Below are positions 35,845-47,865 of a stretch of 64,000 bases of DNA, in pieces. Below the pieces are notes generated by a model. That model did not search any database. It was given only the letters and a program-made list of their open reading frames with translations, and was not told where the DNA came from. Source of the stretch: Carcharhinus longimanus (taxonomy: Eukaryota); contig JASCQW010000099.1 of assembly GCA_030264375.1 (NCBI GenBank), forward strand, positions 46,051,067 through 46,115,066, in the 5' to 3' direction. How positions within the stretch are numbered: the first letter of the stretch is position 1; the number at the start of each line of letters is the position of its first letter. A program made the translations under genes and the position numbers.

Positions 35845-37269
35845 TTTCTGTCTTTACCTTCTATTCAAGCTTTTCTAACACTTGCAGCAACTGCTGTATA
35901 CTGAATAGTCCTTTAAAAATGCTTGGTTGCCTGTGTGTTGTCCTCACCATGCAAGCCACTGAGCCCCTTGTTGAGCATGCAGCCACTTAGCAGCACATTC
36001 TGTGGTAGACTGCAACCTACAATCAAGCTGCATGGCAGGCAGCACAACTTTGCATGCTGCTTGCCTCAGTGAGACCAGCCATGAGATAATAGTGCATTAT
36101 GATTCCTGTGCCCGAAAACGGGCTTGATCATATTCCACACCACCCCTCCTCACCGCCCACTTGCCCCTGGACATATGACATCTATGACATTACCTTGTTA
36201 AAACTGTCAGCCACATAGTTCACTTTACAAACAACAATTAAATTTTAAACCTTGTTATATTAGCAACAACAAAACTGCGCTAGAGAGGATAAAATAGTGT
36301 TTAAGTAACAACCCACTGAAGAATATCCCATCATTCTTGGGCAAAAGTAAAGACTATCAATTCAGTGAAAATAATTAAATGGCAGTTTAGCTCCCAAACA
36401 AAGCTAGATCAATTAAGATTAATTTAAGATAACGTCCTGGTGGAAAACTGAATCTGGCTGATCAAGAACAGAATGCACTCGCAGCTGCGCAACAACTCAA
36501 CTATCCCTGACCATCCTTCTAATGTCCTTGTAGAAATTAATTTTGTTGTCGACTTTGGCACCTTTGAATGTAACTTGCAGAGTGTTTAATTTTGTCGCCT
36601 GCGTTTTGTTTCCATTATTCATTGTTGTTTTACACTTTTCTGAAGTGGAAATGTCTGCTTTTTTGTGGATTTTCCAATTGGTTTCACTTGCTAATGGAAG
36701 TAATTACGTTAGGATATCTCGCATGCAAGATATGAAATGAAAATGAAAATTTGAATAAGATGAGTTTTTTGGGTTGCAGCACCTTGTTGTACCACCTTGT
36801 TCAACCTTTCCTCTGTCAGAACCTGCTTCCATGCAAGACAGCTGTTTCCAACGANNNNNNNNNNNNNNNNNNNNNNNNNNNNNNNNNNNNNNNNNNNNNN
36901 NNNNNNNNNNNNNNNNNNNNNNNNNNNNNNNNNNNNNNNNNNNNNNNNNNNNNNNNNNNNNNNNNNNNNNNNNNNNNNNNNNNNNNNNNNNNNNNNNNNN
37001 NNNNNNNNNNNNNNNNNNNNNNNNNNNNNNNNNNNNNNNNNNNNNNNNNNNNNNNNNNNNNNNNNNNNNNNNNNNNNNNNNNNNNNNNNNNNNNNNNNNA
37101 TGGCAATTCTAGGTCTGTTCTAAATGAACTGAGCAGTACATAGCAATAATACCGACAGCTTCATTCCATGCAAATTAAATGGATATATTTTAGAAAATGA
37201 CATTTTGGCATACAGTGTATCCTTAATTTGGTTTGTGCCATGTAGTGCATGTGGCTTGCTTGATACATA

Positions 37270-37480
37270 CAGGTGACTTTGGACCTATGGTTCCCTAGGC
37301 GTGACACCACTGGATTTGTCCCATGTCTTGAGTGAGCTTATTGTTGGTTAATTGATAGAGATTGATTGCTGTGATTAGGCAAAAACCTCATTTTCTTTGT
37401 ATCATGAGACTACCAGGATGGTCGAAGGCAAACTTGATGGACCTCAGTCTTTTTTCATCTCACATTTCCTATGTTCCTAG
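37270..37480 (+). mobile_element. Old CR1-like 3' UTR fragment
   Basis: Ends in ACTTGATGGACC..GTCTTTTTTCATC..TTCCTATGTTCCTA, a CR1-type tail. Confidence 0.45.
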
Positions 37481-38590
37481 AAATGCTCAGTAGAGTCAAT
37501 TTGTCAAAATCTGCACGATGCTTGCACAGGCTGCTACAACAGTACGTGATGGATTGATAATTATGCAGCAACATCATTTGCAATGGCATTGAATAAAAAA
37601 AGCGCTTAAGTGATAGACAGTACAAGCAATATGAAATTGTCTGTTAACTATTTTGATGTTACACACGTGTAAAAGGTATGAAAATAAATTATTTTCTTGA
37701 AATAACTAAGTGAAAGATTTGCCAAATTTATAAGACTGGGGCTAGTATTTTTTTAAATATAACTATTGCTAATATGTAATTACACTGCTACCCCAACAGC
37801 ATTACTACCTAATTACCTATACCTATCAGATCATGTGAGATAGAACACAGGCCTTTGAAATTGTACAGTGCTTTTATTACAGGTTGTTTCCACTGCAATT
37901 GGGAAATGCACAAATAGTTATTTGGTCCTTTAGAAAAGAGTATGCACTCAAAATAGGTAATGTTCCCATTTCTAAAGGAAAATAGGACACAGCTAATTAG
38001 GTTTCTTCTGGTGTAAAAACAGCAATAAGTGGACAATAGCACATGTTTAAAATCCTAACAAATATCCATGAGATAATGTGTAGAAAAGTACAATAAACAA
38101 GTGAGTGTAGTTATCCATTGAGGAAGATTAGGCATTGTTAAATATTCTGTCACCAGAATTCTGTGGACTGGAAAAGTGGGTAGAATGTGGATTCAGCAGA
38201 AGGTACAGGGCTACAAGATCAAGAAATTAATATGAGCAAGGTGGAATGATCCCCACAAATCCTGCACAGGGATCCAGCTGAGAATGAAGAGGATGGAAAA
38301 CATTGGGATTCTTCTCTTCACTGTTTTATGCTCTCTACTTCTTGATAGTCATCTTTTCTGCTATAAATGTTCACTTTCCAAGCATCACACTATACTTAGG
38401 TTGAGAGGGCAGATGAGTGATCTGCTTTCACGCCTTTCTGATGCTGCTTTCTACCCAGCCATTAGGAAAGGTATGACTAGCTGATATGCCTGAAACTATT
38501 CCTCCTTCCCTTCAGTGATAGATCATATGCAGCATTGCCTGACAGAGAAATAACTGATATTTGGATCTCTGCTTGTAGAACCAAACTCAT

Positions 38591-38772
38591 GGGGTAGCTT
38601 TTTGTTTTCATTACGGAGCAGTAATTTGATGGAACAGATTGCCTGCTCTCTCTAGAACGTGTCTGATTATAATTCCAATGAAATTAAAATCAGATAGTTT
38701 ACGTAAAGGCTGGGGCAGGGCGATCTGCTTCACTAGGTTATTACAGGCAGTGAAGATGAAAAACCAGTCCCC
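38591..38772. mobile_element. Ancient palindromic (fold-back) non-autonomous DNA element
   Basis: Nested inverted motifs GGGG/CCCC, TTTTCATT/GATGAAAA, CAGATTGCC/GGCGATCTG and TCTGATT/AATCAGA around an AT-rich centre. Confidence 0.55.
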
Positions 38773-39529
38773 AATCTCTGACTCGGGACACTATGCAATG
38801 TAGGGGTTCAGTTCTCACTGCAGTATTTCACCCTGTATTCTATTGTACTCTGCTGTAGACAATGAACATCTGGAAAGGCCAAATTTATTTTCAGTACTGC
38901 TTACTGTACTCTGTATAAACAATTTTCTATAATTAGAGGAACAGGAACTCTTTACACCAGGGGGCTGACAAAAGTAGATGATTCATCATTCATTGAGCCT
39001 ATCTGCATTTCATTTCATTGATTCTCAGATTTGAATGATAGACACATTTTTCCATTCACCACCTTAGACAATTTTGAGCTTTGTGCAAGCAAGCTTTGCA
39101 TGCATACATTAGTAAGCATGGGCATCTGTAAGAAATTCATGCACTATTTCCACCTTAACTTTGTATTTTCCAGGAGATATGTGCTCATGAAAGTGTTCTT
39201 TCTTCTGTTATAAAGTGATTTGAATTTTTTGTGGGTTTATTGCAAAAGGTACGCCGACATTTTCAGATCAGTTAAAAAAAAACAGCTTGAACATGATTAA
39301 AATATTCGTTATGATTCAGGTGCAAAATTTTGAAGGTCAATCAGAACAGCTTCTTAAATCAATGGCAATATAATTAAAACATCAAAAATTAATTTTAAAC
39401 AATCATCTTAACAAGGATTTAATCGTAAAAGATTATAGCTGGAATTTTGAGGCCATTCACACCCCATTCCTGCTGCAAGTGAGGATGGGTAATTTGGCAC
39501 TCAGCCAAATCTCTGTTCACTGCAGTGGG

Positions 39530-39791
39530 CATGATGTGGAGATGCTGGCGTGGACTGGGGTAAACACAGTAACAAGTCTCACAACACCAGATTAAAGCCC
39601 AATGGGTGTATTTGATAGTAAACGCCACAAGCTTTCGGAACACACTGTTCCTTTGTCAGGTGAGCGGAGAGTTCTCGAGTGGAGAACTCTCCACTCACCT
39701 GATGAAGGAACCACGTGTTCCGAAAGCTCGTGGTGTTTACTATCAAATAAACCTGTTGGACTTGAACCTGGTGTTGTGAGACTTCTTACTG
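39530..39791. mobile_element. Penelope-like-element-derived palindromic insertion
   Basis: 110-bp inverted arms at 39567-39676 and 39682-39791 with a 5-nt spacer. The flanking direct repeat ACTGCAGTGGG occurs at 39519-39529 and 39788-39798. Confidence 0.85.
39695..39733 (+). ncRNA. Putative minimal type I hammerhead ribozyme
   Basis: TCAC-CTGATGA-A-GGAAC(CACGT)GTTCC-GAA-AGCT-C-GTGG: both core boxes, a 5-bp stem II, palindromic AGCT in place of stem III and a short stem I. Confidence 0.6.
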
Positions 39792-42700
39792 CAGTGGGAC
39801 CAGAGAATCCTGTCACCGTAAATGGTCTGAAAATTCAGGTCCATATTAATGAATTTATAGGGATCTATATTTTGTTGCAAGAGCATTTACTCATTTATAG
39901 GTAACTAGTTGCCTCTTGGTTTCTGTTACTTAGGGCTTTGAGTGACCATACATAGAGCAAAATTCTCCCAAACATTTATTAATAACATAATGACAAGAAA
40001 ACAGGAGTCATCCATGCTAGTCTTTCAGATGCACTCCGCACTGTAATCCTCCCACATTCAGTCACTTTTTTGGAGAGTTTGGAGTTTCATGCTGGTATTT
40101 GGGGAAAGNNNNNNNNNNNNNNNNNNNNNNNNNNNNNNNNNNNNNNNNNNNNNNNNNNNNNNNNNNNNNNNNNNNNNNNNNNNNNNNNNNNNNNNNNNNN
40201 NNNNNNNNNNNNNNNNNNNNNNNNNNNNNNNNNNNNNNNNNNNNNNNNNNNNNNNNNNNNNNNNNNNNNNNNNNNNNNNNNNNNNNNNNNNNNNNNNNNN
40301 NNNNNNNNNNNNNNNNNNNNNNNNNNNNNNNNNNNNNNNNNNNNNNNNNNNNNNNNNNNNNNNNNNNNNNNNNNNNNNNNNNNNNNNNNNNNNNNNNNNN
40401 NNNNNNNNNNNNNNNNNNNNNNNNNNNNNNNNNNNNNNNNNNNNNNNNNNNNNNNNNNNNNNNNNNNNNNNNNNNNNNNNNNNNNNNNNNNNNNNNNNNN
40501 NNNNNNNNNNNNNNNNNNNNNNNNNNNNNNNNNNNNNNNNNNNNNNNNNNNNNNNNNNNNNNNNNNNNNNNNNNNNNNNNNNNNNNNNNNNNNNNNNNNN
40601 NNNNNNNNNNNNNNNNNNNNNNNNNNNNNNNNNNNNNNNNNNNNNNNNNNNNNNNNNNNNNNNNNNNNNNNNNNNNNNNNNNNNNNNNNNNNNNNNNNNN
40701 NNNNNNNNNNNNCTTGTGGAGACCAGTTGCGACTATCTTGCGTCACACCCGAAGGTTGGAGAATTCTGTGCGCTGGGATTCGAATGAATTATCTCTATTA
40801 TATGCGACCTTAAATATATTAATCACCCTCACACTTTTCCTGGGCATGGTCTGGTTCATGCCATTTGAAGGGACTGGGAGAATTGCAAAATATTTGGCAC
40901 CTGGTGTAAAACTGATTTTTAGGCCCACATGCGATTGGTAAGATCTGTTAACAGTGTGGCAAGGTTAGAGAATCACCCTATAGTTGATACAATCACGTTC
41001 ATTTTAGGTTGTGAGGCAGCGCTATGGAAGAATGAGATATTGGTTATGCTCATACTTCTGAGTTCACATCAGGTGTGCTACTCGAGTGGTCTATAGGCAA
41101 CAGTGCAGGCAATTCATCAAAAATATGGGAAACAATGAGAAAACCTGATTGTGCGACAGTGGGGAGCTATGGGGAGCATAGAAGAAGGAGTTATTGGTAA
41201 AAGATTTTCAAAATTTGATAACATGGAAGTGGAATGTTGGGGTTGAGGAAGTAGTGGGAGGGGTCACGAGTGTTTCTTAGTAGCAGAAGGGCAATCCTGA
41301 GGTGTGGGAGGATTGAAATAAAAATTGGCATGGTGTGGAGACATTCAGGAGAGGAATTGTGATGTGGCATATTCCCCATTGTAGTTCTCCTTCAAAAAGC
41401 AATCTATGAGAGTCAACTAGAAAATAGTAAATGGCCTCAATTGTAGCAAGATGTGTGTCTGGTGCTATAGCTGTATTTGTAACTATGACCTAGAAACTGG
41501 CTTATTCTACTGTCCTATCTGAGTCAAAGTAGTCAATATTAAAAAAAAAATGAGCAAACAGAGTGGAGGAATAGAAGCAATAAAATAGGGCAAAAAGAAT
41601 TTTTTGGGTATTAGTGTGGAGTAAGCACAATAAGAGATGACAGGGGAGGCTGAGGAGGAAGCAATCTATTAGGTGGGTGTAGGTGGAAACGCTAAGAAAT
41701 AATAGGAGGGGTTAGGAAGCCATGTTGTAGGTGGGAGTTGGAAAATAACAAGGGTTCAGGAAGGTGATGACTCTACGTGATTATTTATTCCTCTCCAAAT
41801 CTTCATCAGTGGCTTCTACAGCCTGTTGCAACTACAGTGTAATTGAGGCTTTCAGCTACTTGTGCTTTCTGCTGGCAAAACCATTTGGGGAATCCTACAT
41901 CAACAAGTGACAAATCTGTCATGATAATACAAAAATAGAAGCGCAGAAGCAGCTTCAACAAGCAAAAGCCTGTAACTGGTCATAGCTGGAATGACAGCTT
42001 ATGCAATTCAGTTTGAAAGGGAAGGGTTGTGCCAAAAGCTGTGAATATAGATGGAACTAGGAAGGTTGGGATGGGCAAGAGAGTAATCTCAGATAATGGA
42101 GGATATCAAAAGGGAGCCTGTGGCTGTGGGAAAGGTCTTTGGGTGTCAGAAACAACCTTCATAGACCTGAAATGGATGGCAGTGTCAAGATTAGAAGTAC
42201 AGTGTCAGCTTGCTTACAACAGCTAAGAAGACCCATTAAAGGTACATATGGTACAGAGCTGTTTGTGCACAGTGGAAATGATGTGATGAAAACACAAGAA
42301 TTTGGCCAGAGGTACCTGATTTATCTGCAAATCGCTTCCATGAAAATAAAAAGTAAACGGGAATATAATTTGGGTTTGGATTTTATTTCTTCATTTCAGC
42401 ATTAAATTGAACAGAATGCATCACTTCTTTTTCATATATGTTTAGCATTTTAATAAAGATTTATGGATCATATTATTCACCAATCCATAGAATTCCTCAG
42501 TTCAACGAATCTTTCTAATATGATTTAGCATGAATGCATGAAAAAAAGCAAGCTGACATTTAAAAACTAATCATAAGAGAGCGATCTGGAGTACTGTACA
42601 ATTTAAACAATAAAGTTGAAAGAGGACCAGCAAAAAGACCTTAGAATAAATTGTCAGTGATTTGCTCCTGCAGCTTTTATGTGGGCTGGCCAATCCTCTG

Positions 42701-43110
42701 TCCTCCATTTGAGGCTATAGCAACACACCCTATGAAATCCAACATCTCAATTCACTCCAGAAAACTTTCAGAGATTTTGAAATTGTCAAAGTTCTTCAGA
42801 ATCACCTTAGCTGCAAATTGGACTCCTTAATGCTTAAAGTAGCATGTATGCAGGGTTCATTTTGCAGCTGAACATTTATGAGAGTCACACATGTAAATTC
42901 ATTGAATGGGCCTGCCTGATCCAAACTTAGCAAATGAGTGTCACATCAGTCAGATGGAGGTTGTTTGGCATTATGATAGGATGAGTTCATTTGCTTCCAG
43001 CCTGCACAGTGAATGCCCATCTCAGGACAGCTGGATGTGACAGGCAGCACATCATGCACTCCAAGAAGGACATCCGGCTTTAGTAGCTACGCATCTGAAT
43101 TTCACACAAA

Positions 43111-43269
43111 GGGTGGAATTTTCCCGTCCTGCCTGCCACAGGTATCGTAGCAGGTGGGGTGGGGTGGGTTGGGGGTGGAGGGGAGGTGGGGGGATGGGGG
43201 GGCTGCGGACCATGCAAATGTCGTTTGAACTCGGGTGGGAGGGATGAGTGTGGCTGGAAAATCCTGCCC
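43111..43269. mobile_element. MITE, PIF/Harbinger-like, with a G-run tract
   Basis: Termini GGGTGGAATTTTCC / GGAAAATCCTGCCC. Confidence 0.7.
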
Positions 43270-45739
43270 AAGATGTTTTTCATTGCTAAAATTAATATCC
43301 TGATATTTGAGGCAGATATGAATGCAGGTCATTGCTTTTTCAACTCAGCCGCCTGAATTGGGAAAGAAAACAATAAGCTAGTCTGGTTGAATACGCTTGA
43401 TTTTAAACTCATTTTAATGCACAAAATTAACTGCAGCTTTGGATGTGATGATGAAAGGATTTTTTCCACCCACACATACTTTTGACAACTATTTGCTGGT
43501 TGGAAGTTTGAACAGAAGTTGCTACTATAAATGGAAAAATAGTATTGATCGGTGACATGATTATATATTGTTGGTGTTTAGAAGTAGAAGAATGCTCATG
43601 ATTACACAGTGAAGAGAATAGTCAGTCTGGATTTAGATAGACATGAGCAATAGGAAGAGATAACATCACAGAAATTGAAACCAAAGTCAATATTTGCACA
43701 GCGTTGAAATAGTGTATCTACAACTGAGTCGATAGTGACAACTTAATCAGTATCCAAATCAAAGTGTAGTGATTGGGATGAGATAACCAGGTACAGAAAA
43801 ATAGTACCATGCTCAAGGAAGTAATGACACTTATGGTTTAATACTAAAAAACTCATTACAAATTGGAATGTTTTATCAATGAGTTAAGAACTTTCATTTT
43901 ACTGCCCATAACTGGTCTCACATAAATATCTGCTCTCACAATTGGAGATAGTTCATAACATCCCAAAGAAATTCAGTTGTGTCAACAGTGTTCCACCACA
44001 AGAATAAACCTTGCATTTTATTTGCAACTGGTCACATGGGGTAGGATTTTCAAATGACAGTGAGGAACAATTTGGGTGTAGGAGTGCTTTGGGTAATATG
44101 CCAATCTTGCATCTTCCAGCACCTTTGAAATTTGTGTTATTTACTGTGTGTGTGTGATGGGGGGAGGGGGGAATGGAGCGGGGGGAGTGGGTGGGGGGGA
44201 AAGGGGGTGTGTGTGTCGGAGATGGGTGCACGGGGAGCATGAATCCTCCGATTAACTGAAAGAAATTTTCAGATCCCGTCCGAGGCCAACAGAAAATGCC
44301 GTTCTGCGATCCTCGCCCGTCCTGATTCATGGGTGGGTGTGCCGGTAAAATTCTGGCCCCCAGTGATTCACCATGTGATCGTGCTGCTGAATTAAAGTAT
44401 AAAAAAGAAAAATCTCTCAAACTAAGGTGCTCATGCAATGGCATGCGGTTGTCATCGCTTGAGCAGTGCAGAATTGACTATTTGGTCACTTGTATGCACT
44501 GTGAGGCTCTCTGCTTTCATGCCTCCTCTAACCTGCAGGGCAAAGCCCAAACGTAGCTGTCATCTGATTTTGAGCATTGCACTACAGAGTCCCTAGGCAG
44601 CATCCATGCTGAGTCCAGCCAAATCGGTGCTTTGTTTCTTAAAATAATGTCGTGTCCCTGACTCGGTGGTGGCAAAGAGCTAGGATTCAGAAACGATCTG
44701 GGCATCTCTCACCCCAGATTGAAAATCCAGCCCAATGTGCTCAATTTTGTCAGCTTCCATATTATTCCAATCATTATTACCTTTCACCTCTGTCATTCAG
44801 CGAAACTTTCACTTTTCCTGCAACAGCTTGACAACGTTGACAGACAACTGAAACCTGACCCCAGAATTCCAGCCAGCTGGAAAGGCTATGTTCAGAACAT
44901 TATATTGCACCAGGGATTCTGCCCTTCAGCCTAAATTTTGGGGGTGAACTCACCCCTGCTGCAGTGGGTTGACCCACAGCTATTTATTGCTCAATGAGGT
45001 ATCAGTTGGCTCAGGATACAATTTCCACCCTGACTCAGTAAGAAGACCTGTTTACAGCCAATCAAATTTCTAACAGCTGTCTAGTCCCAGCAGTGCCACC
45101 AGGAGTAGTGGTCATTGTTGGGACTGCATCCTGTCATAGTTGGGGGGGAGAAAAGTGAAGAAAGATTTCTAGAATTAATTAAAATTTGGCGATTATAACA
45201 ACATTTATAGCATATCTCTGAGGTATGTAACATATTGCTGTATTTCAGTATCAACAAGAAGATTAGTGACTTCAGCTGTTTTTCCAGAGGAGCACTGAAG
45301 TTTCCAACACAGTCAACTGATCTCAAAAATCCGACCCCAGTCTTGATCTTATTCTTCACACAAATGAGGAGAAAACATACTTGTATGAGCCCATTCATAT
45401 TTGATTCCAACAAATTGTTTCTTTTCTCAGCAAACCCCCTGAATCATCCCAATTTCATTGTTGGAAAACTGTTGCATTTAATCATCTAGCTTTATCATGT
45501 CGGTCAAAAATATGGATCACAGATCTATTTTGATTAAATTCTATTTTGATTCATTTCATGACTTTCTCACACAATGAGAATCTGTATGTAGAATCTCATT
45601 TTGTGGGTATAAAGATAGAGAATTGGATGTGAAAGTTCATGTGCCTAATTAGTGTCTCTTCTGGCCAGCAAATCATTAGCCAAGTGCTGCAAATTGAGTA
45701 TGTTGAACTTCATACACACTGGTCCTACTTGCACCCTGT

Positions 45740-46290
45740 TGAACAAGACATATAGATATTTAGACACAAATAGTTGGAGGTGGCAGGGCAGGTTCAGAAG
45801 TTGTTAAAAAGGTATTAATGAACTTGTGCTTTATAAATTGAAGCATAGTAAAGAAAAGTAAGGAAGCTACTGTGAACCATTACAAAATACAAATTTGGCC
45901 TCAACTGGAGCACCATGTTCAATTCAGAAGGATTTTGCAGGTACAGGAAAAAATTTACAAGGATTGTTTCAGGGATAAGGAACTTCAGTTTTAAAGATAG
46001 AATGGATAAATTAGAGTTGGTCGCCTGAGAGAAGAGAAGAGCACAAGGAGTATGACAGAGGTATCTAAAATTAGGAGGGGTCAGGAGCGAGTGAAAATGT
46101 TTCAGTTAGTAGAGAGATGTGATCCAGAGGACACAGATCTAAGGTGATTGACAAAAGAACCAAAGGTGATATGAAGCATTTCTTTCAGCAGCAAGTGGTT
46201 AGGATCTGGAATGCACTGTCTGATGGAGTGGCGGAGGACATTCAACTATGACTTTTGAAAAGGAACTGGATAAGTACCTGAAGCTCATGA
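45740..46290 (+). mobile_element. CR1/HER1 LINE 3' fragment, decayed
   Basis: Degenerate PQLEHxVQF..FQQQVVRIWNAL..TFEKELDKYLK motifs. Confidence 0.75.
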
Positions 46291-47594
46291 AACAAAAAAT
46301 CTGCAGCGATATGCGAAAAGGGTTGGCTGTTATATATCAAGAGTGCACCCAAATAAAAACATCAATACATGTGATTTTCTTACCAGAAATGATCAAGGGT
46401 CAAGTGCTTAATCATGCGACTCCTTTGTGACTCTTATACCAAGGTCATTTTCAGACTCTGTAGGAATATTTTCTCCAGCTATAGCTGCAGTAAACAATAA
46501 TCCTACATCAAACTATTTGGGTAATAAAGCTTCCAACGTATTATTGTTCAGTTTTTTTTCCAAAAAAGGCAACATTGTTTGTACCAAGTTGAAGATAACA
46601 ACACTTGAATTTACTGACTGCAAAGTTTGACTCACTTTTGGACACAGATGTTCAAACAGACAAACCTTTTGAGCAAATTGTAACAGGTTGAAAGGTGACA
46701 TGAGAACTAGCCAATGTCATTATTTGATTGCGCTCGCTTGACCAAATAAGTATCCAAACCAGTAAAATAATTTCACAATTTTTTTCTTCAAATGATATAG
46801 TAGTTGAAAAGCTTTCTTTCCATAAGAAACAAAAATAGTGAGATGCCATTGTAAAGATGTAGTTTCTGCACAGTATCTTTTACAATCAATTTATTAGATT
46901 GTGAACTGCAATGTTAGAACACGGCAGGGGAATATTTCCAACTCGTTCTTCTCCGAAGATGGTTTCAGGAATTCAGTCACTAAGGTCATGGAGCCCCACT
47001 GTGTTTTCCACCCATTAATTTTAACAGACAAAAGATCCCGTGAGAGCGAATGACCTCCACATCTGAATTTCCAAATTGGCATCCATGCTAGAAGTACAAA
47101 TTAATAAAATTACTCAAGTTTCAGTGTATGTAAATTTGCTCTGACAGATAAAGAAGATGAATGTTAATGTTGAATGGAAGTTGAAAGGGTTGATGGGGTT
47201 GGCAACTGGGACCGAGATCGGTCTGTCACTGATGTTCCTTGGCTTTGTGGTTTAGCTAGTCACAGCTATTATTTTTTCTAAATGGACATTGGCTGTTTAA
47301 CAGTTCCTGAATTTTCTCTGTGAGTGCAGGCTGACCTTTGTGGTACATAATGAGACCAGTCAGCGATCTCTGCAAGTTTGGTAACTTTTGGTCTTTTTTC
47401 AATATTACTCTTTTGGCCTGTGGCCAGAGTTGTTGGATTGAAATGAATGGGAGATTAAATGGAGGTCGTTCCAGTCATCTGCCCTAAAAATTGGACTGGG
47501 GCTGCAACATGTCAACATTTTACAGGGCAGATATTGACCAATTGCTAAGAGCCAATATTCTTTTTACTCTATTGGAATATTTTGTATTTTGCAT

Positions 47595-47865
47595 GGGCGA
47601 TACTGTGCAACAATGGTTAGCACTGCTGCTTGTTAGTGTCAGGTACCCGGGTTCGATTCTCGGCTTGTGTCACTGTTTGGGTGGAGTTTGCATGTTCTCC
47701 CGATGCCTGCACAGGTTTCCTCCCACATACTGAAAGACGCACTGGTTAGGTGCATTGACCCGAACAGGCGCTGGGCTGTGGTGACTAAGGAAATTTCAAA
47801 GTAGCTTCATTGCAGTATTAATGTAAGCCTTACTTGTGACTAATAAATAACTTTAAATTTAAACT
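47595..47865 (+). mobile_element. HE1-like SINE with the alternative 3' tail
   Basis: Head GGTTAGCACTGCTGC..GGTTCGATTC and tail CTTCATTGCAGTATTAATGTAAGCCTTACTTGTGACTAATAAATAACTTT. Confidence 0.85.

Larger units (their letters stand above)
39437..39842. mobile_element. MITE of the 21927-22063 family, split by a Penelope-derived insert
   Basis: Termini GCTGGAATTTTGAGGCCATTCAC / GTAAATGGTCTGAAAATTCAGG. The halves rejoin across the duplicated ACTGCAGTGGG. Confidence 0.7.

Noticed and set aside
39592-39904. Two antiparallel ORFs encoding similar peptides
   Set aside because: A trivial consequence of the DNA palindrome; no evidence of coding.
40070-40941. Long ORFs of 200-280 aa (similar cases at 34758-35167, 36751-37143, 50126-50456 and 56040-56707)
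   Set aside because: They are open only because they run through N-gaps.
41040-42200. Purine-rich stretches that may be very old L2 LINE fragments (also about 660-1000)
   Set aside because: Too degenerate to support by eye; no clear protein motif recovered.
44115-44140. AGCACCTTTGAAAT resembling miR-29
   Set aside because: It differs from the mature sequence near the seed and at the 3' end, and there is no complementary hairpin arm.
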